A stretch of 64,000 nucleotides of DNA, taken from the NCBI GenBank assembly GCA_022813865.1, contig JALDZX010000012.1, forward strand, positions 186,001 to 250,000, read 5' to 3'. Source of the stretch: Xylographa opegraphella. Taxonomy: Eukaryota. Both the position numbers and the translations under genes were made by a program. Below, one piece after another: positions 1-12,243 of the stretch; position 1 is the first letter of the stretch; each line of letters begins with the position of its first letter. Below the pieces are notes generated by a model. The model was given only the letters and a program-made list of their open reading frames with translations, did no database searches and was not told where the DNA came from.

Positions 1-629
1 GGGTGAGATCCCAAATTTTTTCTGGGGTGTCTATAGCATCAGCATCATCGGCATGCATAATGCCAGCGTTATTGAAGATGATGTCAACCCCGCCCCATGA
101 ATCCACGTGAGCTACCATAGCAGCGATGTCCCCCTCTTTAGAAACATCACACTTGATAGTTTCAAGACGAGCATGATATGGAATGATTTCATGGATTCTG
201 GCGGTTGCTTTGCTCAAGGCAGTTTCTGAAATATCCGCCATCAGGACCGAAGCTCCCTCACGTAGGAAGAGAATGGTGGTCTCGAGACCAATGCCACTAT
301 GAAAGCAAGGATATTCAGACTTTGGCAAGAAAGGGTAACTCGGTGAAGGACTACTTTAGATAACGCGCAAACCAGAGTTGAAAGCACAAACGCAGAAAGC
401 TCGACAAGTGAATGATAAGAGTTTCGCAGTTGAACTATTAGAGCCGAGAAGCATGCGGCCAGCAACAACGTATGGCATGAAAATTTGCATAGATTTTCGT
501 AACAGACATGGGCATCCAGATGAGTGATCAACGAGCACGAGAACGATAATCAGGACTCACTTACCCAGCTGCTCCAGTAATGATTGCATTCTTGCCTTCT
601 AGTCGACCTTCACGACCAATGCTACCCAT
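1..629 (-). CDS. Short-chain dehydrogenase/reductase (classical SDR), 3' end outside the window
   Basis: ATG at 629: MGSIGREGRLEGKNAIITGAA, GT donor at about 564, next exon from about 296 reads GIGLETTILFLREGASVLMADIS...CDVSKE...DIIFNNAGIMHADDADAIDTPEKIWDLT (TGxxxGIG and NNAG motifs). Confidence 0.9.
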
Positions 630-1371
630 GGTGAATATCTTCTTGAAACAAAGAAGAGCCTCGGGTAGGAAATGGATGCTGGCGCTCGAGACGGGAGACG
701 GGGAAAGACGAAGACGAGAGGTAAAAAGATGAAGCGGAAGGGAGATGTAATCCCTTGCTTGAAGACAAAAGTAGGACTGAAAGCTCACTTTTACTTGAGT
801 ATCTGCTTGTTGAAAGCCGAGGAGGTTACAAGAAAATTCAGCGAGGACAGCTTTGTTGTTTGGTCGTGCGTGTCATCGTGCTATTGCGGGAGCATTCCCC
901 TGGTAGTCGCTCCGTTATCGTCACCCGGTTAGTCACCGCCATGCTCCGAAAGCGTTGCTTGGCGCTTCTGGAGCTTAGTAGGTATGATCGGCACATGGAG
1001 CTCCTGAAGGTACGGAGTACTGAGCGGTGACAACTACATCAATAATTCAGCGCAGTATCTTCATTGTAAAGCATTCCAAAGCATAGTCAGCTCGAATAGT
1101 ATTGCACAAGAAAGAAAGACGATCACCTTGGAAGGACTTGGCTCGGCGTTTGGAGTTTCCCCGCCCGTAAACTAACTAGGACCTAATCAGATTCAGTAAC
1201 TGCTATCACTAACTGTCGAATCGCCTACGCGTGAAGTCTTAATTGAGTTCGGCGGAACGCAGACCCTCTTGTTTGTAAGGTCGTACATTGAAGTCATTTA
1301 GCTCTGAAAGGTCGCCTAGCGACTCAGGCTTCTCTTTCGTAGTTTCTTCTGATAGGACATCGCCTCCTGTT

Positions 1372-3094
1372 ATGGCACTTTCTAAAGGTCCAACTTCGAG
1401 CGAAATCACTACGGAATCTCTACCAGATCTTCTCGAGGATGACAGCAAAGTAAAACTTGGAGGCTTCGACATTGATGGCATCATCCGCGGCAAACTCATC
1501 TCCAAGAAAAAGTTTCTGTCAGTCGCCAAGGATGGCTTCGGCTTCTGTTCGGTCATCTTTGGCTGGGACATGCATGACCAGACATATTTCAAAGAGCTGA
1601 AAATTAGCAATAAGGAGAACGGCTATCATGATATCATCGCAATCCCAGATCTGAGCAGCTTCAGGAGGATTCCCTGGGAGGACGATGTACCCTTCTTTCT
1701 TGTCAGCTTCTTCGATCCTGACACTCATGAGCCTGTCAGCGCTTGTCCAAGGGGACTACTGAAAACGGCAATGGAAAAGTTGGAAAAACAGGGTCTAAGC
1801 GCAATGGCTGGCGGTGCGTGTCATAGGCCAGCCTAAATATTTATGGAGACTTGAGCTAACAAGCAATCTATCATAGCTGAGTACGAATTCTTCCAATTCC
1901 GCGTACCGACAGACACGCATATTCCCATCTCCGAACGTAATTCGTCTGCTACGGCGAAATTTCTCAAGGAGCATCCCGTGGACAGTCTTCCAGCTTTGAC
2001 AGAAGGCATGTTTGGCTACAGTTTGACAAGGCCGGTCCACAATCAGGAATACTACTATGGGATCTTTGATGCTTGCGAAAAATTCAAATGCAATATCGAA
2101 GGCTGGCACACAGAAAGTGGACCTGGAGTTTTTGAAGCGGTAATAGCCCCTTTGCATAAAGTCATTGGTAATCTTGCTCTCACTGAGGACTGAAACTACT
2201 CTTTCTAGGCCCTTGCGTTCGGTGAGATAAAGCAGATGGCAGATCGGGCCGGGCTCTTCAAGTTAGTCTCTCCTCGTGTTACCTTAGTAACAGCATTTGC
2301 AAACACAGACTCATTGATCTTTAAGATACGTTGTGAAATCTCTGGGGAGTAAATTTGGCATTACGCCATGTTTCATGGCGAAACCTCGACAAGGCCTCCC
2401 AGGCAACTCCGGCCACATGCATATCTCAATCGTGGACAGCTCCGGCAAGAACCTTTTTTACCGTGGCACCAAGGACGACAATGCAGAGTACCCTGATTTA
2501 GAATATCTTTCAGATATGGGGCGCCACTTCTTAGCAGGCCTCCTCGATGGTTTGCCTGACGTAATGCCCATTGTAGCACCAACTGTCAATTCTTACAAGC
2601 GACTTGTGGAGAACTTCTGGGCTCCGGTAACGGTCTCGTGGGGCTTAGAACATAGGGCTGCATCGATAAGGCTGATCGCACCTCCAACTGCAAGTCCCAA
2701 AGCCACCAGATTCGAAGTTCGAGTCGCAGGTGCAGATGCCAACCCCTTCCTTGTTTTATCAGCAATACTAGCACTCGGCTGGAGAGGGATTGAAAAGAAA
2801 ATGAAGATCGAAGTACCTCCCTTGGGGAAAGGCGAGGACGTTGGAGGAGCGTCGGACAAAGGCGTAAGACTGGCGAAGTCTCTGAAAGAGGCTACTACGG
2901 CGTTCATGCGGGAAGGCAGTGTCGCAAGAGAAGTGTTTGGAGATGAGTTTGTGGAGCACTTCGGAGGCACAAGGGAGCATGAGATTAGATTATGGGATGA
3001 GGCGGTTACCGACTGGTAAGGATATTCTGGTAAATTTGCTACACATGCTAATAAGGCTTTCAGGGAGGTTCGAAGGTATATCGAAACCGTTTAA
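1372..3094 (+). CDS. Glutamine synthetase-like protein (type I GS fold; probable gamma-glutamyl-amine ligase)
   Basis: Five exons (about 1372-1813, 1877-2139, 2209-2261, 2326-3015, 3064-3094) giving DIDGIIRGK, AEYEF, EGWHTESGPGVFEA, FMAKP...GNSGHMHIS, PTVNSYKRL, WGLEHRAASIR, RFEVRVAGADANP, AVTDWEVRRY. Confidence 0.93.
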
Positions 3095-4430
3095 TTATTT
3101 GCGTGGCCTGGCTATCACACTATACACAACATTTGTGGAGAAACACGATTACAACACTTGCAAGACCTGAAGGACGACCAACCCCCAAATCCTTCCAAAG
3201 CCGATGCGTTTGTTCGTCTCCTATTTTTAAGCGCAAGCGTCAACGACTGATTGGATAAATTGCGCGTCAAACGAAGGAAGTCGATCCCATATATGATATT
3301 GCTGCCATCACATCCTTTATCAAGTTATCCTCCGTTTATCACTCAGCAGTGATGCAGGATGACTCAAGGTCTATCATGCTGTCGACTGGTTCTTTGGGTA
3401 TCGACCACGATAAACACTCACGTATATCCCAACAAGTCGTGTTCATAATTGGAGATCTCCACGCGAATTGATCTTTATGGAACGCTGTGCCTTCCGAACA
3501 TGAAAGCGATATATGATATTCTGCTCTCTTCGACATGTCGACACCCGGTAGTAGCGTGATCTTCCCGCGCGGAAGTCAAGTCCATTGCTGCGCGTTGAAA
3601 ATTGGGCGAGAATTATCAACCGGCTAGTTGAACAAGCATATAGGAATGCTTACGAGTGAAGGAAGGGTCAGGATAGAGCATGTGCTCTAAAGAAAAGTGG
3701 TAGCTGATGTTCAACCAAGGATGGAATGAAAGCGGAACGGATCTCCACGATTTGTGTCGTCTTCATTTGCCCTGGAACCAACGACCGATTCCAGAAGCAT
3801 TAGAAGCAGGCAGTTGGATGTAATTAAAGAATAGGGGTTTGAATCAAGCTATTGAGGCAGCCACATGAGCAACATCGCTCGCACAGCTTTTCATTTTTGG
3901 AGTTGTGGAGTGTCGGTCTGGAAGAAGGTATCTGAAGATAGGCTGCAATACACCACCATTTCATTGCACGAAAATGGCACGATTTTCTTGTACTCCACAC
4001 ATTCATAGCTTATATCTGTAATCACATTACAGTGCAATTCCAGCATGATGGGCACAAGCGTATTATTTATTACACGTGCAGAACGTTCGTACATAAGGAG
4101 ACTCGACCCAAAGCGGCAACTCTAATAAAACACCACTAGGAATACGCGAAGTGGCTGTTAGCGATTTCACCACCTCAACGGCAGAGATCCATGACGTTAT
4201 GCTTCCAGGCCGCGAATTGCCGAATCCCGTTGGGAGCCCCACGGAGGAGCCTCCTGCCCCGCAATGGGTGACCGGTAGATATGAGTACCGCGATTGACAT
4301 TCTTCAATTCAATTCACGGTCACTACCTTTTATGATACACTGTGAGAAACTAGCTTCTCGCTCCACGAGAGCATTCAGATTACTGTACAGACCTCAAACC
4401 TTCGCGACTACAATTAGATATCGAGCAACG

Positions 4431-5529
4431 ATGGCGCAACACGGACATAGCGAGGTGGGCCATACACAGCTACAACCAACTATTGAAAACATGAGCTTCG
4501 CCTAATGCTAACAGGCTTGCTGCTCCGTGCCCCCTTCCAAGCACGACTACAAAGAGAAGGGCAGCTACTTTGAGATCGATGGCATGAAGACCTGTACGTT
4601 TCCCTCGTCAGCATTCACCACTAGCTCGCTGACCCGAGCCATAGACAAAACTGGCCCCTCGACCGCTACTTCCGCCGTCTTGATCATCTATGACATCTTC
4701 GGTTTCAGCCCGCAAACGCTGCAAGGTGCCGACATCCTAGCCCATGCGGACGACGAGCACCACCAGTATCAGGTCTTTGTGCCAGATCTCTTCTACGGCA
4801 AGCCTGCCGATCATTCATGGTACCCGCCAGATACAAAGGAGAAGGGCGAGAAGCTGGGAGCTTTCTTCCAGGGCCCTGCAGCTCCGCCGAAGACGGCAGA
4901 GAAGATCCCGAAGATCGTGAAGGAGATTGAGGAGAAGACGGGGGGAACGATCAAGAAGTGGGGCGGCTTGGGGATGTGCTGGGGAGGAAAGGTCAGAGAT
5001 TGTGTGTCTGTGCGTGGGCGCCTTGTGCTGATAAGCAGTTCGAAAGATCATTTCCCTGACCTCCACAAAAGGCACTGTATTCAGCGCTGTGGCAGAAGTT
5101 CACCCGGCGATGGTCGACCCTAAGGATGCAGAGGGCATCACCGTGCCGATCTGCATGCTTGCGTCTGGTGACGAAGATAACGAGGCAGTCGCCGGCTTCG
5201 AGAAGAACCTTAAAGTCAAGCACCATGTCGAGACATACCATGACCAAGTCCATGTAAGTTGTTCCCTTTGGTCGGGAAAGTCCTTCAACATTCGGATAAC
5301 ATTTACTGATGGCGATTTGCTCAGGGATGGATGGCCGCTCGGTAAGATATCTCTCTATTACAATGGCACGAAGCACAATCGGCTGACCATAAGCCAGCGG
5401 AGACCTCAAGGATGAAAAGGTTCGGAAAGAGTATGAGCGTGGCTACCAAAAGCTGCTAGACTTCTAGTGAGTCCCGATTTTACACAGCGTTGCTACTCTG
5501 CTAACGGTCGTAGCCACGAGCACTTGTGA
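4431..5529 (+). CDS. Dienelactone hydrolase family protein (AIM2-like alpha/beta hydrolase)
   Basis: Multi-exon: MAQHGHSE|ACCSVP, YDIFGFSPQTLQGAD, nucleophile elbow GMCWGGK, VHPAMVDP, LASGDED, QVH|GWMAAR; ends FYHEHL-stop at 5529. In-frame upstream ATGs at 4281 and 4332. Confidence 0.88.
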
Positions 5530-6478
5530 GTCGTTTTCGGAGGTTTGTACGATCCGCGGTAGTCTGTTGCATACCGCCGATACGTGAGGCTGATCGATGC
5601 AGACCTGATTCCGGAAAGCCGAAACTGTAAAGCTGAGGGAATAGTCTTAGGCGGCAGCATGATGTAGAATACCAGATAATGATGTAGTATGTTATGAATT
5701 CATGACCATTTATCTCAAGTGTACATAGAACAGACGAGTTGCCACTTTGCATACCATGATGCCAAATAATGATGGACCCTCGAATCCGGTCTCGAGTCAG
5801 CTCCTTCAAAAAATTGGCTTCAATCATGCACCTGGACTGGAACTTTCGCCGTAAATGCCACCTTATAACCCTCCAGCTCCAATGATCGGGACGCCTGCGG
5901 CCGAATACAGGCAAGCTTATTCGAGCTGGTACACTTGCGCCACAATGCCGCAGCCTAGCTTTTCAATCAAGCTACCTACCTGGTGATATCAAAGCAGAGT
6001 CGTTTCCAGCGGCAAGGATCACAGACAAGGGCCGATTCATCCCCATTGGAGGCTTGGAACTCGATGTTTGCGCCGTGCTGAACCGAAACCCCGCGGATCT
6101 GGACTTAGTTTGTCCACATCGATACTGCTGGACCTCGCTCAGCCAAAGCCGTTTCAGGCTCCACGCCAATGAATGCCACGAACGGCGGTTGTTGGCGGAC
6201 CGATAAGGGCTGAAGTGGAAAATTGGAGAAGTGGAGACCCGTTCGGATGGAAAGCCAGGCGTCGGTTGTTGCATATTGCTAAATAGTAGCCGTTGTGGGA
6301 TAGTTTCGTCCTCTTGGGGTTATGTCGATCTCTTCTAGCCTTATCGTGTCTGTCCAGCCTTGTCGTTACCCCAGTGTCGCCAACCGAGCGCATTCTATTG
6401 TGTTGTCTATATGTTGATATGCCGTTACACATATATAGCGCACAGGATCATCGACCTACTTCACTCGTTCCAGGGGCT

Positions 6479-9400
6479 TCAAACCAACCAGATGTTGAAT
6501 TGCTTCTTGCCCGAGGGGTCGATGGACGGATATTTGATCTTCAGTGCCTCGAGGTCATTCCACCGCTCTTGTTTTGTATATATCAGCGAAAGCTGCTCCA
6601 CGATCGCTAATCTCCGTGCACTATTCGTAGACAAGATCTTCTCCTTGGCAATGATGTCCAATACTCTCAAGCACTCCCTCTCAGCCTCCTCCATCCGTCC
6701 GGTTGCGGTGCGTATGTATATATACCCCAACATAGCAACGATCGAGTCTGGATGATCCTTTGGGATCGTGCTTAGCAAATCATCAAGAAGGGTCTCCGCC
6801 TCGGTCCAACGCTCCGCACGTATGTACGCTTGCGTCAGATTCGCCTTTGCCATTGACATGCCAAGGTGCGTTTCGCCAAGAGTGCGGCGAAGGATTGGCA
6901 ATACTTTCTCGAGCATCGTGATAGCCTCACGAGGGCGCAGGCGTAGGGTGAGCACTCTGGCCAAGTCGATCATTGACCAAAGAGTGTATGCGTGCTCCTC
7001 GCCCAGAAGCTTCTTTCGTACCCTTGCTACATTCGTCACCATCCGCTCGGCAACAGGAAGGCTCTCGGTAGCAGCGCAGAAGCTCATGCCGAGCTCGTTG
7101 CGGGTCATAAGAGTATCCAGATGGTTGAGCCCGAAGAGCCGCTTACGTTTCTTGAGCACATCAACGAGTAAGACTCGGCTGGCACGCTGCTCGCCGAGGT
7201 GGTGGTACGTACGAGCCAGATTAAACATAGCGGTTAAAGTCAAAGGATCGTCGGGGCCTAAGCGTTTCGTTAGTCCCGTAACAGCACGCTCGCCGGCTCG
7301 CTTGGACAGATCCAGTTTCCCTGCAAACCAGAGGGAAAGCGTTAGGTCCGACAGGGTGATACAATATGGAATATGTTCTGGTTTCCAAGGTGGCCATATC
7401 ATCCAGTCTGTGAGTGATGGGCGCGCGTACCAGTGAGTCTCGAGGACACTGCGTTGAGCCAGAATGCACGGTGCGATGTCGAAAAGATTGAAATTAGACT
7501 GTGCTAGACTGCACTGTGCTTGGATCGTGAGTGGGTTAAATCTGCCAAGTTTCTTTGTTCTAAATTCAAGAACGACGAGCTGGTAAATGCGAGCCCGCTT
7601 CCAAAGTCCATTTTCTGCAAATACCCAAGCAAAACGCTCAATCTCTACCGCTCTCTCAGCGGTATTCGGATCGACCGTACCATAGAGTTCTTTTAATGCT
7701 CGCAGGCAAGCCTCAATGTGAGGTAACAACGATCTCCGAAATCTTTGTCCTGACGCCTCCATGAATGGAGGTATGCATTGCGCAAGTAAAGCAGTGGCAG
7801 CACTTAGCCACTGTTTCTGGTCTGCTTCAGAGAGTCTATCCTTTGCCCATCGCTGAACAACTGGGTGCAGCGATAGAAGGCCCTTCTTCGAGTCGTGATC
7901 GATGATAGAGTAGTTGTAAAGGATACTCAGTGCTGTTCGTAGTCGAAATCTCGATGCCTCATCCCATTCCGGTCCGTTTTGGGTCGCGCCTGAGGATCCA
8001 CGGAGTCTCATCCTGTTCGTGATGCCGTCCCATGGTCTGAGAAACACAACCTCAGGTATGGAGTCGAAATGCATGAAGGCGGATATATGGATCAAATCCA
8101 CGGCATCTCTGTACTCTATGGATTCGCGACTCGCGATTCTCCGAAATGGAATCTCCCAGGTCGTGATTATATTAGCTTCATAAGCCGTGCTAATACTCTT
8201 GGACGTTATCATATCTCTCCTATGCCCTAGGTAGTGCCTCAAGTACATCTCCAACGTATAAATATTGCGGCGGATACTCGTGCCTGCGTTGGCTAATGCA
8301 AGTGCTAAATATCCCAGTTCTGATGCTATTTTTTGTGCAGTCTGCCGGTTACCTGACGTTGGAGAAGGTGGTTCATCTTGAGGAAACGCAGTTTTGAGTA
8401 GCAGACTGACAGCATCCACAGGGTCCATGCCACCAAAGCGGATATGGCCAACGGTGGCGTGAATCTCAACCGCAGGATTTCGAGTTGTGATCAGGATGTG
8501 GCCACTACGTCCAACAGGAAAGTATTTTGAGACATCCATTTCAGGGTCGTCAGCATTGTCTATCACAAGTAACCATGGCTTCGTGCATTGGGAGAGCCAA
8601 TGCATCCCACCTGTAAAGGTTGCTCCTTTCCCCATTTGCTGGCCAAGTGAGGCGAAGTTGGTTTCTGCATTCTCCTCGCTACTACCATCGATCCAAAACA
8701 CGCCCCAGTACCTTGATTTGTTGTCTTCTGCATATCTCAAGCAGAACTGGGTCTTGCCAGAACCGCCGAGCCCGTATATGACACAAACTTTGTGTCGATT
8801 CGCCTCGTCCAGGTGGTCGACTGGGCCTAACTTCTGTCGTACAATCTCCGCATGAAGGCGTCTACCAGTAAAATACGTACTGGAACACCGTGGCACAATA
8901 AACCATTCGTTCCTATAGGGCTTCTTTCCATTGTCGGAAATAAGATATCGCAGTGGTGGCTTCATCAAATTTTCAGCTTCAAGTTGTCGTTCGTATTCCA
9001 GTGCTTCCACATCCTTGTCCCATCGACACTGTATCAAAGCAGGCGCAGTCAAGATGTAGCGTGTCAATGTCTCAAGGACGACTCGATAACCATGATCATG
9101 GACACCCGAGAATTTGATCATACCATCGTGGGTTGCATACATACCACATTTCTCAGCATCGTCCCATGCCGGCGCCGCGGACTCCTCCTCTACAATGTAT
9201 GTACTCAACTCACCCAACGTTGTCTTTCTTTGCTCCCACAGATTATAAATAGCGAATCGTTTCATTAACGGTGCAAATTGGTCGGTGATCTCTTGTAGCA
9301 TCTCTGATCCTTTCAGAAGATTCAACACGGACTGGCTAGGGCCCAGCTTGTCGATTAGCGAGTGCTGCTGTAGTAATAGCAGGCTCTCCTTCCGGACACC

Positions 9401-9940
9401 ATTGTGAGGAGTTCCTAAAAACACGATTCCATAAGTGGAGATGAAGACTGAGCGAAGGTGCTCTACAGCTTGCGCACGTCTGGTAGAGGAGAACGCAAGT
9501 GCTCGCTTTACCAATAGACCCCCGAAGCCATGGCACACGAAGATGATAGGTCGCTTGAATGCATCTACCAACTGGCGGTCTGCGCAAAGCTCGGCCACGA
9601 GACTGTTTGCGAATGGCAGTATTCGATCCGCTGAGCCGTCGCCAGGAGACGAGAAGGCTTCAGCATTGTAATGGTAGACAAGTATTCGGACCTTGTAACG
9701 CTGGTGCGGAAACAAGTCTCGAAGCCAAAGGACGCCAGACGCAGTATCCGTCCATGCCTCGAGCCCACTCTCTCGAATGCCATGTACAGCAACAACGCTA
9801 TAGATAGTGAGTCTAGGCGCAGTGAAAGAGACAAAATTAAAGCAGAGGTAGGTGAGGACTTACTCGACCACAGGAGCGATTGTTGTAGCGTCTGAGGCAG
9901 ACTCGGAAGTGGTCGCCGCGCTCAGGTCTAAAATGGCCAT
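6479..9940 (-). CDS. Fungal NLR-like STAND protein: SesB-like alpha/beta-hydrolase domain + NB-ARC + TPR repeats
   Basis: Exon 1 9940-9864; exon 2 from 9797 (DVVAVHG...WLRDLFP...RPIIFVCHGFGG...FLGTPH); P-loop GLGGSGKT, Walker B LLVIDNAD, ITTRN, LALALA, LHPVV; about 42-aa TPR units (LGPDDPLTLTAMFNLA, FGLNHLDTL, LGEEHAYTL, LGETHLGM). Confidence 0.92.
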
Positions 9941-10483
9941 GATCTAAATTGCTGAAGCTACGGGAGGGTGGCAGCGCATATCTTTACGCTTATGGAGAGG
10001 TAGTACCATGACCATGCTCTATCAAGGAAGACATCAGAGTTTAAGTTACTGAATGAAATCCAACACTATATTCAATATGGAACTGGTGCGAGCCATGTCA
10101 TCGATTTCGTAGCTCCCACCCAGCCCCAGGCCCATCTTTCGTGTGACCTTGTGAGAATGGCCTCCACTAGATACTCGGCGGCCCTAGAGCCCGGAATAGC
10201 CTATGTCGGCACGTACTGCACTTGCGCGGCACGGATCACCAGCGGCTCGAAGTGCAGCAAATCACACTTAGCTTCGTCACACCTCCCAAGCTCCTTGAAA
10301 CGGGTGGCCGGACAAGAAATATGTACTATAGTGGGCGCCGCGTGCCGTCCCGTCACGTCTCTATATAGTACAATAATACCACACATGAGATCTGACCGTG
10401 CTGTTATTATTCTGCGTTCATTGTATAGTCTCTGGAAGTGTGCTTGATTCAATATAAACCATCTGTTATATTTCCATCCAAGC

Positions 10484-12186
10484 ATGGCGCAATCGTACTA
10501 TTATTTGATCGTGCTCTTCATTCTCGTCGCTTCTTATTGTCGACGACTAATTCGGAACTTCCAAACCCGCCACGCAAGTCTCGATCTTCAATTGAACCAA
10601 GGGGATGCTTACATTATCAACACAGGCAAACAAGAGATTCGCGGAGCAACATGGATGCCTCCCACCGCCTCGAATTGAGAATCAGAGACCTTGGGGCGTG
10701 GACCGACTCGAGCAGATCTTTCGGGCTGACAGAGAATGTCGCTTGAATGAGATCTTTCTGTTCCACTTTAGGCAAACAGGAAATACTGTCGAGCAAGTCT
10801 TTATTGGTTCAACCGCGTTTGATACAATTGAACCTGCCAACCTGGAGGCCATACTATCGACTAAATTCAAAGGTAAGTCAACGATGAATCCCCATTTGCT
10901 GTCTTTTCTCTCGAGCGATCTGATATCTAGCAGACTTTGATATGGGTCCACGTCGAGACATCACGTTCCCCATGTTCGGAGATGGGATCTTTACTCAGGA
11001 AGGCCCAGCATGGAAGCATTCTCGAGAGTTGTTGCGATCACCACTTCAGTACAAGCACTACGAGAATTTGGACGTTTTCAAGCAAAGCGTCGAAGACTTG
11101 ATCGACATTGTGCGCGGCCACCCCGGTGATATTGATCTGCAACCCCTCTTTTTCCGCTTATCACTCGATGTTACCACAGAATTTCTTTTTGGCGAGTCGG
11201 TGAAAAGCCTCAAAGCACCCAAGTCCGCTGATGAGCAGAGCTTTGGCGAAGCATTCAACACAGCACAGGATTTCGTGACCAAGCGTTTCAGACTCCCGGA
11301 TTTCTACTGGGCGATAGGCGGGGCCAAATTCAGAAAGGCTTGCAACGATGTACACTCTTTTGCGGACCAAATCATCGATCGTAATTTGTCACGCAGCTCC
11401 GAGAAAGGCCGGGTCTTCTTGGACGTTGTTGCTGAGAGTACAGCGGATCGTAGCGCCTTAAGGGGTCAGATTATCAACCTCCTTGCAGCGGGTCGAGATA
11501 GCACCGCCTGCTTGCTTGTGTGGACTTTCTTCCTGTTAGTTCGTCATCCAAAAGCTATGGAGAAGCTGCAAGCAGAAATCAACCGTAGCTGCTCTGATAT
11601 GGCGAATCTTACCAGGACAGATCTTCGAAATATGGGCTACCTTCAGAACGTCCTTAAAGAGACCTTGCGGTTATACCCATCAGTCCCTATAAATACTCGT
11701 ACACCCAACAAGGCCACGGTGCTTCCAACTGGCGGAGGCCCAGACCGTACAGCCCCAGTCTTCATTCCTAAGGGATCAACAGTGGCTTATTCAGTATATG
11801 CCATGCATAGACGGCCTGACTTATATGGCATGGACGCTGAGCTCTTTCGGCCAGAGAGATGGGACGAGGACATGCCATTGTACCACAATAAAACAAATGC
11901 AGCGTGGGGATACCTTCCTTTCAATGGGGGACCTAGGACGTGCCTCGGAAGTAAGTACCAGCTCAAACCAAAGAATCATGGCAAACATACTGATCCAAGT
12001 CTTTCAGTGGATTTTGCGCTTACTGAAGCCGCGTATACAACGGTTCGCCTCCTTCGGCAGTTTCCTGCAATGAGATTACCGGCAGGCGAAAAGGTCGAGC
12101 TCACGGGCGTAGAGAAGCAGACAATGACCCTTGTACTTCAATCTACAGAAGGCTGCATAGTTGACACTTCCGAGAGAGAACAGTAG
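10484..12186 (+). CDS. Cytochrome P450, CYP52 clan (alkane/fatty-acid hydroxylase-like)
   Basis: N-terminal TM helix; introns at about 10574-10625 (GC-AG), 10873-10933 and 11951-12007; motifs GDGIFTQEG..WKHSR, DLQPLFFRLSLD, AGRDST (I-helix), ETLR, PERW, FNGGPRTCLG (heme Cys). Confidence 0.93.
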
Positions 12187-12243
12187 AAGAATGATATATA
12201 ACAATACATAACATAGAGCAGACATATCAAAGGATTCCAAAAC

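Noticed and set aside
5940..6290. Possible gene remnant (LPGDIKAESF...VCAVLNRNPADLDLVCPHRYCW) on the + strand
   Set aside because: No start or splice context and no family I can name; needs BLASTx.
6768..7436. 222-aa plus-strand ORF
   Set aside because: Antisense to the NLR TPR region; no independent coding signal.
6600..7650. High-identity hypervariable TPR array of the allorecognition type
   Set aside because: The TPR units are strongly diverged from one another, so there is no sign of concerted repeat shuffling.
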